DNA of 64,000 nucleotides, taken from positions 27-64,026 of the forward strand of contig JAITUT010000044.1 of the NCBI GenBank assembly GCA_031286325.1, given 5' to 3'. This document shows, piece after piece, positions 19,409-29,531 of the stretch. This DNA is from Helicobacteraceae bacterium (lineage in GTDB: Bacteria > Campylobacterota > Campylobacteria > Campylobacterales > SZUA-545). The position numbers and the translations under genes were made by a program. The notes under the pieces were generated by a model. The model was given only the letters and a program-made list of their open reading frames with translations. It was not told where the DNA came from and did not search any database. Positions within the stretch are counted from its first letter, which is position 1; each line of letters opens with the position of its first letter.

Positions 19409-20301
19409 TGATCGCGATCGATTTAGGCTCAAACACAATACGTTTCCTCGCCGCGGACGCCGCTGGCAACGAAATTTGGGAACGGCAGTTTGTGGCGCGC
19501 GCGGCGGAAAATTTGGTTTTCAGCGGCGAAATTTGCCGCGCCGCTTTGGAGCGCGTCGCCGCGGCGGTAGAAAAGGCGCGATCAGAGTTTGACTTTACGC
19601 CGCACGAAATTAAAGCGGTCGCCACGCAAGCTTTCAGAGAAGCGAAAAACCGCGATGAAGCCTTGCGCTATTTGCTGGAAAAAACCAGTATAAATTTTGA
19701 GGTAATCAGCGCCGAAACGGAGGCGGAATTAACGGCGATTGCGGCGGTTAGATCGGCAAAAAATTGCGGCTTAGAGCCGCCGTTTTTCGTGCTGGACATC
19801 GGCGGCGCGAGCAGCGAAATAATTTACGCCAGCGATCGCGAGGTAATTTCGCATAGCCTCGCGATCGGGATTGTGGTTTTGAGCGAGCTAGGACTTGGCG
19901 AGGACGATCTGAAAAAATACTTGCGCGAAGAATTTAAGCAATTAGCTAATTTCGCGAAACGGGCGGCAATGCTTGAAAAACCGCGTACTTTCATCGCCAC
20001 CGCCGGCGCGCCGACTACGATCGCGGCGATCAAAAAGGGTCTTACTTATGAAAATTACTCCAAAAAAATTGTGAACGGCGCGCGGCTAAACCGCGCCGAA
20101 ATTTTGAAAATTTACGCCGAAATTGCCGCTAAAAATCAAAACGAACGCGACATTTTGACGGGCAAAGATCGCGCCGATCTAGTCCTCACGGGCGCGGTGA
20201 TGTTGCTGGAATTTCTCGCGTTTTTTGAGTTTAACGAGTGTTGCGCGATAGACGAGGCTTTGCGCGAAGGCGTGTTGCTCCGCGCCTTGAATTTGGCGTG
20301 A
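19405..20301 (+). CDS. Ppx/GppA-family phosphatase (short form)
   Basis: 298 aa. It has IAIDLGSNTIRF at the N-terminus and DIGGASSE. The start overlaps the upstream stop. Confidence 0.75.
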   Translation: MMIAIDLGSNTIRFLAADAAGNEIWERQFVARAAENLVFSGEICRAALERVAAAVEKARSEFDFTPHEIKAVATQAFREAKNRDEALRYLLEKTSINFEVISAETEAELTAIAAVRSAKNCGLEPPFFVLDIGGASSEIIYASDREVISHSLAIGIVVLSELGLGEDDLKKYLREEFKQLANFAKRAAMLEKPRTFIATAGAPTTIAAIKKGLTYENYSKKIVNGARLNRAEILKIYAEIAAKNQNERDILTGKDRADLVLTGAVMLLEFLAFFEFNECCAIDEALREGVLLRALNLA

Positions 20302-20405
20302 GCCGCCGCGCGATTGCTTTGCGGCTGCGCGGGCAATAGCGTATTCAAAGCGCGATCAAAGCGAAGTCGCGATCGGGCATAATTTGAATAAAATTAGGGA
20401 AAGTT

Positions 20406-21164
20406 ATGTTTAAAGCCGCGCTTTTAGTTATCGCTTTTATATTGCTCGCGGCTATCGCCGTGCGTTATGATTTTTCGTGGTCCGCGCCGTTTGTGAAAGC
20501 GACAAACGTCGTAAAAACGCACGTTTTGGAGGTGGCGCGCGCGGCTGACGAGGCTATGGAAAAACACAGAAACCAAGCCGAGACGATTGAGAAATATCGC
20601 GCCGAAAATGAGAAATTACGCGAAAATTTGGAGGTTTTGAGCGCGTTCGCGAACGAGGTCGTGAGCCTCTCAAAACTCAAAGAATACGATCCGCCCGCCG
20701 ACTTCAAAACCCGCGCGGTGCGCGCGGTGGCTTATTCCGAACTACCAGACCTGCAAAGAATTACGATCGATTACCCCGACTTAAAACAAGGTGAAATTAA
20801 GGGTTTAATTTTTAACGAGTTCGCCGCAGGGATTGTGATAAGCGGCGCTGGAAATTACAGCAAAGCGCTTCTAAACGGCGATCGCGAGTGCTCGTATTCG
20901 GTTTTTGTGGGCGAGACCAAAGCGCCTGGCGTGGCGATGGGGCGCGGCGGCGAGATGATAGTGCGCTACATTCCGCTGTGGATGAGCGTGAATGTCGGAG
21001 ACGAGGTGATCACAAACGGGCTTGACGGCATTTTTTTCGCGGGCGCGAAGGTCGGAGTTGTTACGAAAGTTACGCGGCAAAGCGCGTATATAGAAGCTAG
21101 CGTTGAACCATACTACAAAACATTTGATCACGGGTATTTTTATTTGATTGAAGCTGTGAAATAG
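20406..21164 (+). CDS. mreC: rod shape-determining protein MreC
   Basis: 252 aa with an N-terminal TM segment, a coiled coil and the C-terminal motif ITNGLDGIFFAGAKVGVV. No mreB is adjacent. Confidence 0.8.
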   Translation: MFKAALLVIAFILLAAIAVRYDFSWSAPFVKATNVVKTHVLEVARAADEAMEKHRNQAETIEKYRAENEKLRENLEVLSAFANEVVSLSKLKEYDPPADFKTRAVRAVAYSELPDLQRITIDYPDLKQGEIKGLIFNEFAAGIVISGAGNYSKALLNGDRECSYSVFVGETKAPGVAMGRGGEMIVRYIPLWMSVNVGDEVITNGLDGIFFAGAKVGVVTKVTRQSAYIEASVEPYYKTFDHGYFYLIEAVK

Positions 21165-21165
21165 A

Positions 21166-24100
21166 ATGACGGCAGAGCAATATGTTTATAAACTTAATGA
21201 AATTTTGTCTAGCGAAAAGGCGAGGGAACATTCTTATCGCGGAGTTTTTGAGGCTTTTTTAAACGAATTTGATACTTCCATAACAGCAATCAATGAACCA
21301 AAACATATCAGAGACGTTGGCGCGCCAGATTTCGCGATAATGAAAAATTCCGCGCCGATTGGCTATATAGAGACAAAAGATGTGGACAAAAACTTAAAAG
21401 ACCCGTCATATAAAGAGCAGTTTAACCGCTATAAAAACGCATTTGCGAATCTAATTATCACAAATTATATATCCTTTGAGTTTTGGCGCGATCAAGAGTT
21501 GATCGACGAAGTTGATATTGGCGAATACGAACCGCGCGGGCTTTTCAATTCAGGCAAAGATAAAATAAAATCTCGCGAAGATAATTCGGATAAACTTAAA
21601 TTGCTCCTTAAAAACTTTATATCTTTTGGAGGAATTAGCGTAAAAACCGCGAGCGATTTGGCGCGTTATATGGCAAACAAAACTAAACTGCTCGCCGCTA
21701 TCATTCGAAACGCAATTGACGCCGATGAAACAAGCGAAAATCAAAAGGGCGATCTAGCATATTATAAAGCGGTTTTCCAAAAAATGCTGATTCCTGATAT
21801 TGACTCCGCGAAATTCGCCGATCTTTTAGCTCAAACTATCGCTTATGGAATGTTCACCGCGAGAATTTCCGATCTTGGCAAAAGCGATTTTTCGCGTTAT
21901 ACGGCGTTTGAGAAAATACCGCGATCAAACCCGTTTTTGAAGAAACTTTTTCATTATATAGGCGGTAATATAGACGATCGTATTGTTCGTATTATAGATG
22001 ATTTTGTAGAGTTGTTTAAAGTAGCGGATTTTGAATCTATTATGCGCGAAATTCACGAGGATAAAACTCAAAATAGCCCCATTATTCATTTCTACGAAAC
22101 ATTTTTATCGCATTATAATCCCGCCGTTAGAAAAACTCGCGGCGTTTATTACACCCCTAAGCCCGCGATCGATTTTATAGTTCGCGCGGTAAATGATATT
22201 TTACGACAAGATTTTAATATGCGAAACGGGCTTGCCGATAGTTCAAAAATTAAATTTGGCGATCGCGAAATACATAAACTTCAAATTCTCGATCCCGCGA
22301 CCGGCACGGGCGCGTTTTTGACGCAAATTATTAACAAAATTTATGAAAGTATACGAACGCAGGGGCAAAGCGGATTATGGGACAGCTATGTTTCAAGCGA
22401 TCTTTTGCCTCGTTTGCACGGATTTGAGGTTTTAATGTCTAGCTACGCTATGGCGCATTTGAATATAAGTCTTATTTTAGAAGATTTGGGCTATAAATTC
22501 AAACAGAAAGAGAGATTAGGCGTTTATCTCACAAACTCGCTTGATAAAATTGGAGATATTGACCCTGTTTCGCAATTAGCGGTATGGCTTACTGAAGAAG
22601 CTAAAACGGCAAAAAATATCAAAGAAAATACTCCCGTAATGGTTTTGCTAGGCAATCCGCCTTACAGCGGCGAATCTATAAATAAAAGCGAGTTTATAAC
22701 AAATTTAATGAGAGAGTATAAACTAGAACCGAACGGCGACTCGTTACAAGAGAAAAGTTTGAAATGGATAAACGACGATTATGTTAAATTTATTCGTATG
22801 GCTGAGAGCCTGATAGAAAGAACCGGTTATGGGATAATCGCTTTTATAAACAATCACGGCTTTTTAGATAATCCGACATTTCGAGGAATGCGCTACCATT
22901 TGGCGAAAACATTTGACAAAATATACATATTAAATCTTCACGGCAACTCTTTAAGAAAAGAGCAAACACCCAGCGGATATAGAGATGAAAATATATTTGA
23001 TATTATGGTTGGCGTCTCTATAAATATATTTGTTAAAACTTCCACCCATTCAGACAACTTAGCGGAGGTTTTATACTCCGATCTTTATGGAACAAGAAAT
23101 TATAAATATGATTGGTTGTTTCGAAATAATATAAATAATCAAAACTTTATTAAATTAAAACTAGAAAGCCCCTATTACTTTTTTGTTAAAAAAGACGCGG
23201 GTTCGCAAAAAGAATATAAAAAAGGGTTTGCTATTTCAGACCTTTTCAAGGAAAAGAACATTGGAATAATGACAAAGAGGGATTCTCTGACTGTACATTT
23301 TACAGAAGAAGAAATAAAACGAGTTTATGAGGATATGAAAAATCTTACGGAGAAAGATATTAAAAGAAAATACAACATTCCAGACGACACGCGAGATTGG
23401 ATTCTGAAAAAAGCGCAAAGCGATATTAGAAAAAATGATCCTAAACTTAAGATTAATAAAATTCACTATCGCCCATTTGATTTTAGATTTACTTTATATA
23501 CTGGTAGAGTAAAAGGGTTTATGGCGTATCCGTGTTATGGGATAATGAAATATATGTTTCGCCCAAACATTGCTTTGGTTTCGGCTAGACAATTGGCGGG
23601 GAAGCAACATTTTATACTCTTCGCGACAGATACTATAATAGACAAAGGTGCTGTGGCAAATAGTGCTTATGTGATTTTTCCTCTCTATACTTACACTTTC
23701 AAAGATAAAGATTTCAAAGATAAAAAGCCTAACTATGATGAAAACGGGATCATAATAGATCATATTCAAAGAAATATAAGGCGCGATCCAGAGCCCGAAG
23801 AGGTTTTTGATTATATTTATGGCGTTTTACATTCGCCTAAATATCGCGAGAAATACGAAGAGTGTCTGAAAGTAGATTTTCCACGCGTACCTTACCCGCA
23901 AGACGCCGCATATTTTGATTATTTTAAGAATTTTGGCGAGAAATTACGCAAACTGCATTTATTAGAATCCGAACCTAAAATTGGCACGACTTTTTCAATA
24001 AAAGGCGACAATAAAATAGAGGTTGTTAAACGAGAAAAAGATCGCGTTTATATAAACAAAGAACAATTTTTCGGCAATATCCCAAATACCGCTTGGGAGT

Positions 24101-24276
24101 TTTATATCGGCGGTTATCAACCCGCGCAAAAATATCTAAAAGATCGCAAAGATCGCGAGCTCTCGTATGAAGAGATCAAACACTATCAAAAAATTATCGC
24201 CGTTTTGATAGAAACCGCTTCGATTATGAAAGAGATCGACGAAAACAAATGGGGAGAAAAGGGCGTAAAAGAGTAA
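21166..24276 (+). CDS. single-polypeptide Type IIG/IIL-like restriction-modification enzyme (PD-ExK nuclease + N6-adenine methyltransferase + specificity domain)
   Basis: 1036 aa. N-terminus GAPDFAI...GYIETKD; motif I ILDPATGTGAFL; motif IV NPPY at 22654..22665. The C-terminal blocks YGVLHSPKYREKY, DFPRVPYP and WEFYIGGYQPAQKYLKDRK are as in MmeI-like / Type ISP / YeeA-like enzymes. The gene is AT-rich compared with its flanks. Confidence 0.75.
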   Translation: MTAEQYVYKLNEILSSEKAREHSYRGVFEAFLNEFDTSITAINEPKHIRDVGAPDFAIMKNSAPIGYIETKDVDKNLKDPSYKEQFNRYKNAFANLIITNYISFEFWRDQELIDEVDIGEYEPRGLFNSGKDKIKSREDNSDKLKLLLKNFISFGGISVKTASDLARYMANKTKLLAAIIRNAIDADETSENQKGDLAYYKAVFQKMLIPDIDSAKFADLLAQTIAYGMFTARISDLGKSDFSRYTAFEKIPRSNPFLKKLFHYIGGNIDDRIVRIIDDFVELFKVADFESIMREIHEDKTQNSPIIHFYETFLSHYNPAVRKTRGVYYTPKPAIDFIVRAVNDILRQDFNMRNGLADSSKIKFGDREIHKLQILDPATGTGAFLTQIINKIYESIRTQGQSGLWDSYVSSDLLPRLHGFEVLMSSYAMAHLNISLILEDLGYKFKQKERLGVYLTNSLDKIGDIDPVSQLAVWLTEEAKTAKNIKENTPVMVLLGNPPYSGESINKSEFITNLMREYKLEPNGDSLQEKSLKWINDDYVKFIRMAESLIERTGYGIIAFINNHGFLDNPTFRGMRYHLAKTFDKIYILNLHGNSLRKEQTPSGYRDENIFDIMVGVSINIFVKTSTHSDNLAEVLYSDLYGTRNYKYDWLFRNNINNQNFIKLKLESPYYFFVKKDAGSQKEYKKGFAISDLFKEKNIGIMTKRDSLTVHFTEEEIKRVYEDMKNLTEKDIKRKYNIPDDTRDWILKKAQSDIRKNDPKLKINKIHYRPFDFRFTLYTGRVKGFMAYPCYGIMKYMFRPNIALVSARQLAGKQHFILFATDTIIDKGAVANSAYVIFPLYTYTFKDKDFKDKKPNYDENGIIIDHIQRNIRRDPEPEEVFDYIYGVLHSPKYREKYEECLKVDFPRVPYPQDAAYFDYFKNFGEKLRKLHLLESEPKIGTTFSIKGDNKIEVVKREKDRVYINKEQFFGNIPNTAWEFYIGGYQPAQKYLKDRKDRELSYEEIKHYQKIIAVLIETASIMKEIDENKWGEKGVKE

Positions 24277-24289
24277 CTTTTCTGCGCGA

Positions 24290-25168
24290 TCAGCCGCCAA
24301 ATCGTTTCAATAGATCGGCGTAAAAGTCTATGCGGCGATCGCGGAGAAAGGGCCAGATGTTGCGCGTGCGATCTATTTGGCTGTAGTTGATTTCGGCGTA
24401 TAAAATCGTTTCGTTTTGATCTGTTGATCGCGCTAAAAATTCACCTTGCGATCCTGCGATAAAACTATGCCCCCAAAAATCAATTCCGCATCCTTCGTTA
24501 TTATGCCCTTTTTCAAGCCCTGCGCGGTTAATTGATAAAACGGGCAGAGCGTTTGCGATCCCGTGCGATCTTTGAATGGTGATCCACGCATCTAATTGGC
24601 GGTTTTTCTCATCTAAACTATCATTCGGGTCCCAGCCGATCGCGGTAGGATAAATTAAAATTTCCGCGCCGTTTAACGCCATAATTCTAGCCGCTTCGGG
24701 ATACCATTGATCCCAGCAAACGAGAACTCCGATCTTGCCAAGAGATGTAGCAATAGGCTTAAATCCCAGATCGCCAGGGGCAAAATAAAACTTCTCGTAA
24801 AAAGACGGATCCTCCGGAATGTGCATTTTACGAAAAATTCCCGCAACCTCTCCTGTACGTTCAACTACAACCGCCGTATTATGATACAAGCCGCGCGCGC
24901 GCCTTTCAAATAAAGATAAAACCAAAACCACATTCAAATCTTGCGCTAATTTACCGAAAAATTCAGTTGATTTTCCAGGAATTTCCTCCGCAAGATCAAA
25001 AATCGAAACATCTTCGCTTTGGCAAAAATATAAAGAATTATGCAACTCGCTAAGCGCGATCAGTTTCGCGCCGTTTTTAGCGGCAATTTTGATATTTTCC
25101 GCGCACTTCTCCGTATTAAACTTAATATCGCGCGTGAAACTTTGCTGAATAATCGCGGCTTTGAACAT
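24290..25168 (-). CDS. aguB: carbon-nitrogen hydrolase, N-carbamoylputrescine amidase-like
   Basis: The start MFKAAIIQQ follows an AAGGA RBS. It has ELHNSLYFCQ, GVLVCWDQWYPEAAR (catalytic Cys) and YPTAIGW. Confidence 0.75.
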   Translation of the reverse strand: MFKAAIIQQSFTRDIKFNTEKCAENIKIAAKNGAKLIALSELHNSLYFCQSEDVSIFDLAEEIPGKSTEFFGKLAQDLNVVLVLSLFERRARGLYHNTAVVVERTGEVAGIFRKMHIPEDPSFYEKFYFAPGDLGFKPIATSLGKIGVLVCWDQWYPEAARIMALNGAEILIYPTAIGWDPNDSLDEKNRQLDAWITIQRSHGIANALPVLSINRAGLEKGHNNEGCGIDFWGHSFIAGSQGEFLARSTDQNETILYAEINYSQIDRTRNIWPFLRDRRIDFYADLLKRFGG

Positions 25169-25245
25169 ATTTTTCCTTACGGCGAAATTATACAAAATCG
25201 CCGTTTGGCTAAAATCGCGGCAAAAATCGGGGGCAGAGACGTAAA

Positions 25246-27849
25246 ATGTTGAGCGCGAATTACGATCCGAAAGAAATTGAGAGCGGGCTTTACGAGGAGT
25301 GGGAACAATCGGGCGCGTTTAGCGCGGTTACGCGGGGCAAAACAGAGAGCGAAAAACCCAAAAAAACTTTCACAATTATGATGCCGCCGCCCAATGTAAC
25401 GGGCAGCCTCCACATAGGGCACGCGCTAAATCACACTTTGCAAGACATCATCGTCCGTTATAAGCGAATGGACGGCTTTTCCGCGCTGTGGCAGCCGGGT
25501 CTTGATCACGCGGGAATCGCTACGCAAAATGTCGTGGAAAAACAACTCCTCGCTGAAGGCAAAACCAAAGAAGATTTAGGGCGCGACGAGTTTATCCGCC
25601 GCGTTTGGGAGTGGAAAGAAAAAAGCGGCGGCTCGATCGCGCGCCAACTCAGGCGGCTCGGCACAACGCCCGATTGGTCGCGCGAACGTTTCACAATGGA
25701 CGAAGGTCTCCGCGCCGCCGTGAAAAAAGCTTTTGTGGAGCTCTACAATGAAAAGCTAATCGTCCAAAGCGACTATATGGTCAATTGGTGCACGCATTGC
25801 GGCGCGTTAAGCGATATTGAAGTGGAGCACGAAGAGGTTGACGGCGCTTTATACCACATTAAATATCCGATCAAAAACGAAAGTTCCGCGATCGTAGTCG
25901 CCACTACGCGCCCCGAAACATTTTTCGGCGACACCGCCGTAATGGTCAATCCCGCTGACGATCGTTACCGCGATCTAATCGGGAAAACGGCGGTTTTGCC
26001 GCTGATTGATCGCGAGATCAAAATCATCGCGGACGAAAAAGTCGATATGGCTTTCGGCAGCGGCGCGGTGAAAGTTACCCCAGCGCACGACACAAACGAC
26101 TACGAAATCGGCGGGCGGCACAATTTGGAGTTTGTGAAAATTTTTGACGAGCGCGGTATTTTGAACGAAAAGTGCGGCGAGTTCGCGGGACAGGAGCGTT
26201 TAGAGGCGCGAGCGATGATCGTAGAGGCGTTGAAATCGCGCGGCTTTATTGAAAAAATCGAAAAACACGCGCACCAAGTCGGGCATTGCTACCGTTGCAA
26301 AAATGTCGTGGAGCCATATATTTCGCGGCAGTGGTTTGTAAAAAAAGAAATCGCCAAGGAGGCTGTCCGCCGCGTGAATAACGGCGAGACGCGCTTTCAC
26401 CCGCCGCAGTGGAAAAACAACTTTGATTCGTGGATGAACGAGTTGCGCGATTGGTGCGTCTCGCGCCAACTCTGGTGGGGACACAGAATTCCCGTTTTTT
26501 ACTGCCTTGAATGTCAAAATCAGTGGGCGAGCGAGGAGGACGATCCGAAAAGTTGCCCTAATTGCGGCACGGAAATGATCCAGCAAGACCCCGATGTGCT
26601 TGACACTTGGTTTAGTTCGGGTTTGTGGGCGATCAGCACTTTGGGCTGGGGCAACGAAACGGACGCGAAAGTCGCGGCGGGCGATCTTGACCTCAGATCG
26701 CCAAACGATCTGTTAATTACGGGCTTTGATATTCTCTTTTTCTGGGTCGCCAGAATGCTTATGATGAGCGTCTTTTTCACGGGGCGCGCGCCATTCCGCG
26801 ACGTCTATCTGCACGCTTTGGTGCGCGACGAGCACGGGCAAAAGATGAGCAAATCAAAGGGCAATGTGATCGATCCGCTTGAAATTATAGAGAAAGACGG
26901 CGCGGATACTTTGCGTTTCACCCTCGCCGCGCTCTGCGCGCAGGGGCGCGACATTCGTTTGTCGCGCAAAATCCTCGAAACTTACAAGCACTTCGCGAAT
27001 AAAATTTTCAACGCCGCGAAGTTTTTGCTCTTGAAACGCAATCGCTACGAGGATATTTCGCGGCTTACGATCGCCACCGCGCTCGGAAAATATATGGTGA
27101 GCCGCCTGAACGCGGCGGTCTCGGAGATTCGCGAAGCGTTAGATTCTTACCGCTTTAATGACGCGGCGATCGCGCTCTATCGTTTCGTCTGGACGGAGTT
27201 TTGCGATTGGGGTATTGAGCTAAGCAAAGCCGATGACGAAAGCGTCCCAGAGCTTGGCGCGATCTTTATTGAGGCGCTTAAAACGCTCTCGCCGTTTATG
27301 CCGTTTTTGGCGGATAAACTTTATCGCGAGTTGACGGGCGATCAATCGGCGAGTTTGATCGCGGCGCGGTTTCCCTCTGATCGCAATCGCGATATGGACG
27401 CGGAAAACTCGTTTAATTTGGCGATCGAGGCGATCGTCTCAATCCGCCGCGCGAAGACCTATCTTGACCTTGCGAATAAGCCGATTGATCGCGCGTTTGT
27501 GCGGCTTTATGAGCCTGCAAAGTTGCCGCTGAAATTTATTGAGAAGTTAGCGCGGGTCGAAAAAGTTGAAATCGTCCGCGAAAAGCAAAAGGGCGCGTCC
27601 GACATCAGCGATAATTTGGAGGCGATTATTCCTACGAATAATCTGGATTTATCGGCTTTGATCGCGCGGCTTGAAGCGCAGAAAGCAAAGAGCCAAAAAG
27701 AGGCGGATAAACTAAGCTCAATGCTCGCCAATTCTTCATTCGTAGCGAACGCTCCCGCCGAGGTTCTGGATAAAAACCGCGCGCTTTTAGCGGACGCGGA
27801 GAAGAAACTCTGCGAAATCAACTCGCAGCTCGCCGCGCTGAATGCTTAA
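25246..27849 (+). CDS. valS: valine--tRNA ligase
   Basis: 867 aa with PPPNVTGSLHIGHA (HIGH), KMSKSKGN (KMSKS) and a C-terminal coiled coil. Confidence 0.95.
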   Translation: MLSANYDPKEIESGLYEEWEQSGAFSAVTRGKTESEKPKKTFTIMMPPPNVTGSLHIGHALNHTLQDIIVRYKRMDGFSALWQPGLDHAGIATQNVVEKQLLAEGKTKEDLGRDEFIRRVWEWKEKSGGSIARQLRRLGTTPDWSRERFTMDEGLRAAVKKAFVELYNEKLIVQSDYMVNWCTHCGALSDIEVEHEEVDGALYHIKYPIKNESSAIVVATTRPETFFGDTAVMVNPADDRYRDLIGKTAVLPLIDREIKIIADEKVDMAFGSGAVKVTPAHDTNDYEIGGRHNLEFVKIFDERGILNEKCGEFAGQERLEARAMIVEALKSRGFIEKIEKHAHQVGHCYRCKNVVEPYISRQWFVKKEIAKEAVRRVNNGETRFHPPQWKNNFDSWMNELRDWCVSRQLWWGHRIPVFYCLECQNQWASEEDDPKSCPNCGTEMIQQDPDVLDTWFSSGLWAISTLGWGNETDAKVAAGDLDLRSPNDLLITGFDILFFWVARMLMMSVFFTGRAPFRDVYLHALVRDEHGQKMSKSKGNVIDPLEIIEKDGADTLRFTLAALCAQGRDIRLSRKILETYKHFANKIFNAAKFLLLKRNRYEDISRLTIATALGKYMVSRLNAAVSEIREALDSYRFNDAAIALYRFVWTEFCDWGIELSKADDESVPELGAIFIEALKTLSPFMPFLADKLYRELTGDQSASLIAARFPSDRNRDMDAENSFNLAIEAIVSIRRAKTYLDLANKPIDRAFVRLYEPAKLPLKFIEKLARVEKVEIVREKQKGASDISDNLEAIIPTNNLDLSALIARLEAQKAKSQKEADKLSSMLANSSFVANAPAEVLDKNRALLADAEKKLCEINSQLAALNA

Positions 27850-27980
27850 AGCGACTTGCTTGTGAATTTTTCGCGCTCTACTAAGCAAAATCTCGTTTAT
27901 CCTAAATCGCCAACCAGATCGCGGATCGTCCCGCAATGCGCCAAACGCCTTTTGAAATACCCCCAGAAATCGGTGAAAGC

Positions 27981-28032
27981 GGAATTTGAAATGTCCCTAA
28001 AAATCCAGCGTGGTTTTCTCATTTCAAATTCC
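27981..28032. other. perfect 13-bp inverted repeat with a 26-nt loop
   Basis: GGAATTTGAAATG (27981-27993) pairs with CATTTCAAATTCC (28020-28032). It lies in the valS-distal intergenic region. Confidence 0.6.
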
Positions 28033-28070
28033 GATCAAATTTAGAAACCGCTCAAATCCGCCGCCTAAAT

Positions 28071-28099
28071 CCCGCGCTGTTAAAAGCGCAGGGTTTTTT
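28071..28099 (+). terminator. intrinsic terminator-like hairpin followed by T6
   Basis: CCCGCGCT gttaaa AGCGCaGGG followed by TTTTTT (28094-28099). It lies about 220 nt after the valS stop. Confidence 0.55.
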
Positions 28100-28238
28100 A
28101 CTCGCCGCGCGCGGCTTTGATCGCGGCGGCGCGGATAAAAGAGGCGATTGATAAACCCGCTTTACGCGTGGCAACGATTAGTAAGCGGCGCGAGCAACTG
28201 CCGATCAAAAACGTTTCGCGTTTCGCGGCGGGGATCAT
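28098..28238 (-). CDS. possible small ribbon-helix-helix (CopG/MobC-like) protein, 46 aa
   Basis: It is below the track's size cutoff. A GAGGAG RBS lies 6 nt before the ATG. The product is MIPAAKRETFLIGSCSRRLLIVATRKAGLSIASFIRAAAIKAARGE, which fits a strand-helix-helix pattern (..G.S...FIR.AA). Confidence 0.35.
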   Translation of the reverse strand: MIPAAKRETFLIGSCSRRLLIVATRKAGLSIASFIRAAAIKAARGE

Positions 28239-28443
28239 ATCGCGCTCCTCAAAACTCACAACGATTTGGTTTGCCGCTCTCGTTTTTTTTCGGCGGGTTG
28301 CACGGCGTTTTGATTGCCTTTTTCACGCTTTCCATAGAAAGTGTCCAGCTTTTTGCGCCGCCCAAATTGATCGTGCGGCTAACTCTCGCGATCAAAAGGC
28401 GCGAGCGAACATCGTCGCGGCAATACGAAGCGAATTTTGCGGG

Positions 28444-29118
28444 TTACTGCGTGCAATCGTAGATGTAGCCTGTTTCGCCCTCTACGCAAATATCCGCCGT
28501 GCGCCCGCTAATGTGCGTGAGCCTAATTGTGCAAAAACCCGGCTCGTAGGCAATATAGTGAAAACCCAGATCGCTGGGGGAGGAAGGGGTGCTGGTATGA
28601 AACGGGCGACCTAATTCGTCAAAGGCGATAGTCTGGTCACAACCGCCTCTTACTTCAGGGAGAAACTTTATGTCGCTTATCTCGCGTTCTCTAGTTAAAA
28701 ACGCCCCTAAAAAAAGAGAGCTCTCTGGTCGCACGTTTGGCGACGTGCTGGTGGTGGTGGTTATAAACTGCCCGTCAAGCGGGTTTCTCGCTATGTAAAG
28801 GTTGCTGTTTGGTCCCGTAGAAGGAACATTGTTGGCTGAGTCATCATCATCTTTGAATATATGGTACGACCAGCTACGATCGGCGCTGCTACGACTAAAT
28901 TTTATGCGCCATCTTTTCCACTCCCAGCGCGGATCGTTGGCGTTAAACTCATCGTTCATCACCGCCAAATGCTGCGCGTAACGCATATTCACCAGCAACT
29001 CCTCTACGGCGGTGTCCAATTTGTCCTCTTTGAACATACCCGCGATCGCGATCGTGGCTAAGATAGCCACGATTATCAAAATCGTAATTAACTCAATCAT
29101 AGTAAATGCGCGTCTCAT
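28444..29118 (-). CDS. prepilin-type N-terminal cleavage/methylation domain protein (pseudopilin 4 of 4)
   Basis: 224 aa. N-terminus MRRAFTMIELITILIIVAILATIAIA. A 4-nt overlap joins it to the upstream gene. Confidence 0.7.
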   Translation of the reverse strand: MRRAFTMIELITILIIVAILATIAIAGMFKEDKLDTAVEELLVNMRYAQHLAVMNDEFNANDPRWEWKRWRIKFSRSSADRSWSYHIFKDDDDSANNVPSTGPNSNLYIARNPLDGQFITTTTSTSPNVRPESSLFLGAFLTREREISDIKFLPEVRGGCDQTIAFDELGRPFHTSTPSSPSDLGFHYIAYEPGFCTIRLTHISGRTADICVEGETGYIYDCTQ

Positions 29119-29531
29119 GGTTTTTGCACCGTCCTTCTGGCATATCGTATCGGCATATTATCTATGCCCGCCGATCCTTTTTTCGTGGTAACGGTCGTAT
29201 CGATGAGCATAGCGCCGAAATATTCTGGGTGTTCGGGTCCCACGAAGCTAATTTGCATCTCAATAGTATATGCGTCAGCCGTGATCGTCATAGTCTTGCC
29301 GTTTCGGATGCCCTCGACCGAAGCGCCGCCCGGAAAACCCTTCGGGTCAAGCAAAATATCTTTGATGGCGTATTCGTTCGCGCTACGAGCCAAAAGCTCG
29401 GCTTGAGCGCGCATAAACGCTTGCCCTTTTTGTTCCAAAGACATCGCTGAAAGCGAGAGTATAGCTACCCCGACCACCGCGATCATTATCATAAATATAA
29501 TCGCCGTTACAAGCGAAAAACCCCGTCTCAT
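29115..29531 (-). CDS. pseudopilin-like protein lacking Glu5 (pseudopilin 3 of 4)
   Basis: 138 aa. N-terminus MRRGFSLVTAIIFMIMIAVVGVAIL. It has 4-nt overlaps on both sides. Confidence 0.6.
   Translation of the reverse strand: MRRGFSLVTAIIFMIMIAVVGVAILSLSAMSLEQKGQAFMRAQAELLARSANEYAIKDILLDPKGFPGGASVEGIRNGKTMTITADAYTIEMQISFVGPEHPEYFGAMLIDTTVTTKKGSAGIDNMPIRYARRTVQKP

Noticed and set aside
28117-28614. ORFs 28117..28614 and 28148..28462 (+)
   Set aside because: They overlap the 3' end of the pseudopilin gene on the other strand. They have no RBS or recognisable motif, and the composition looks non-coding. Only the small minus-strand RHH-like ORF seemed worth noting.
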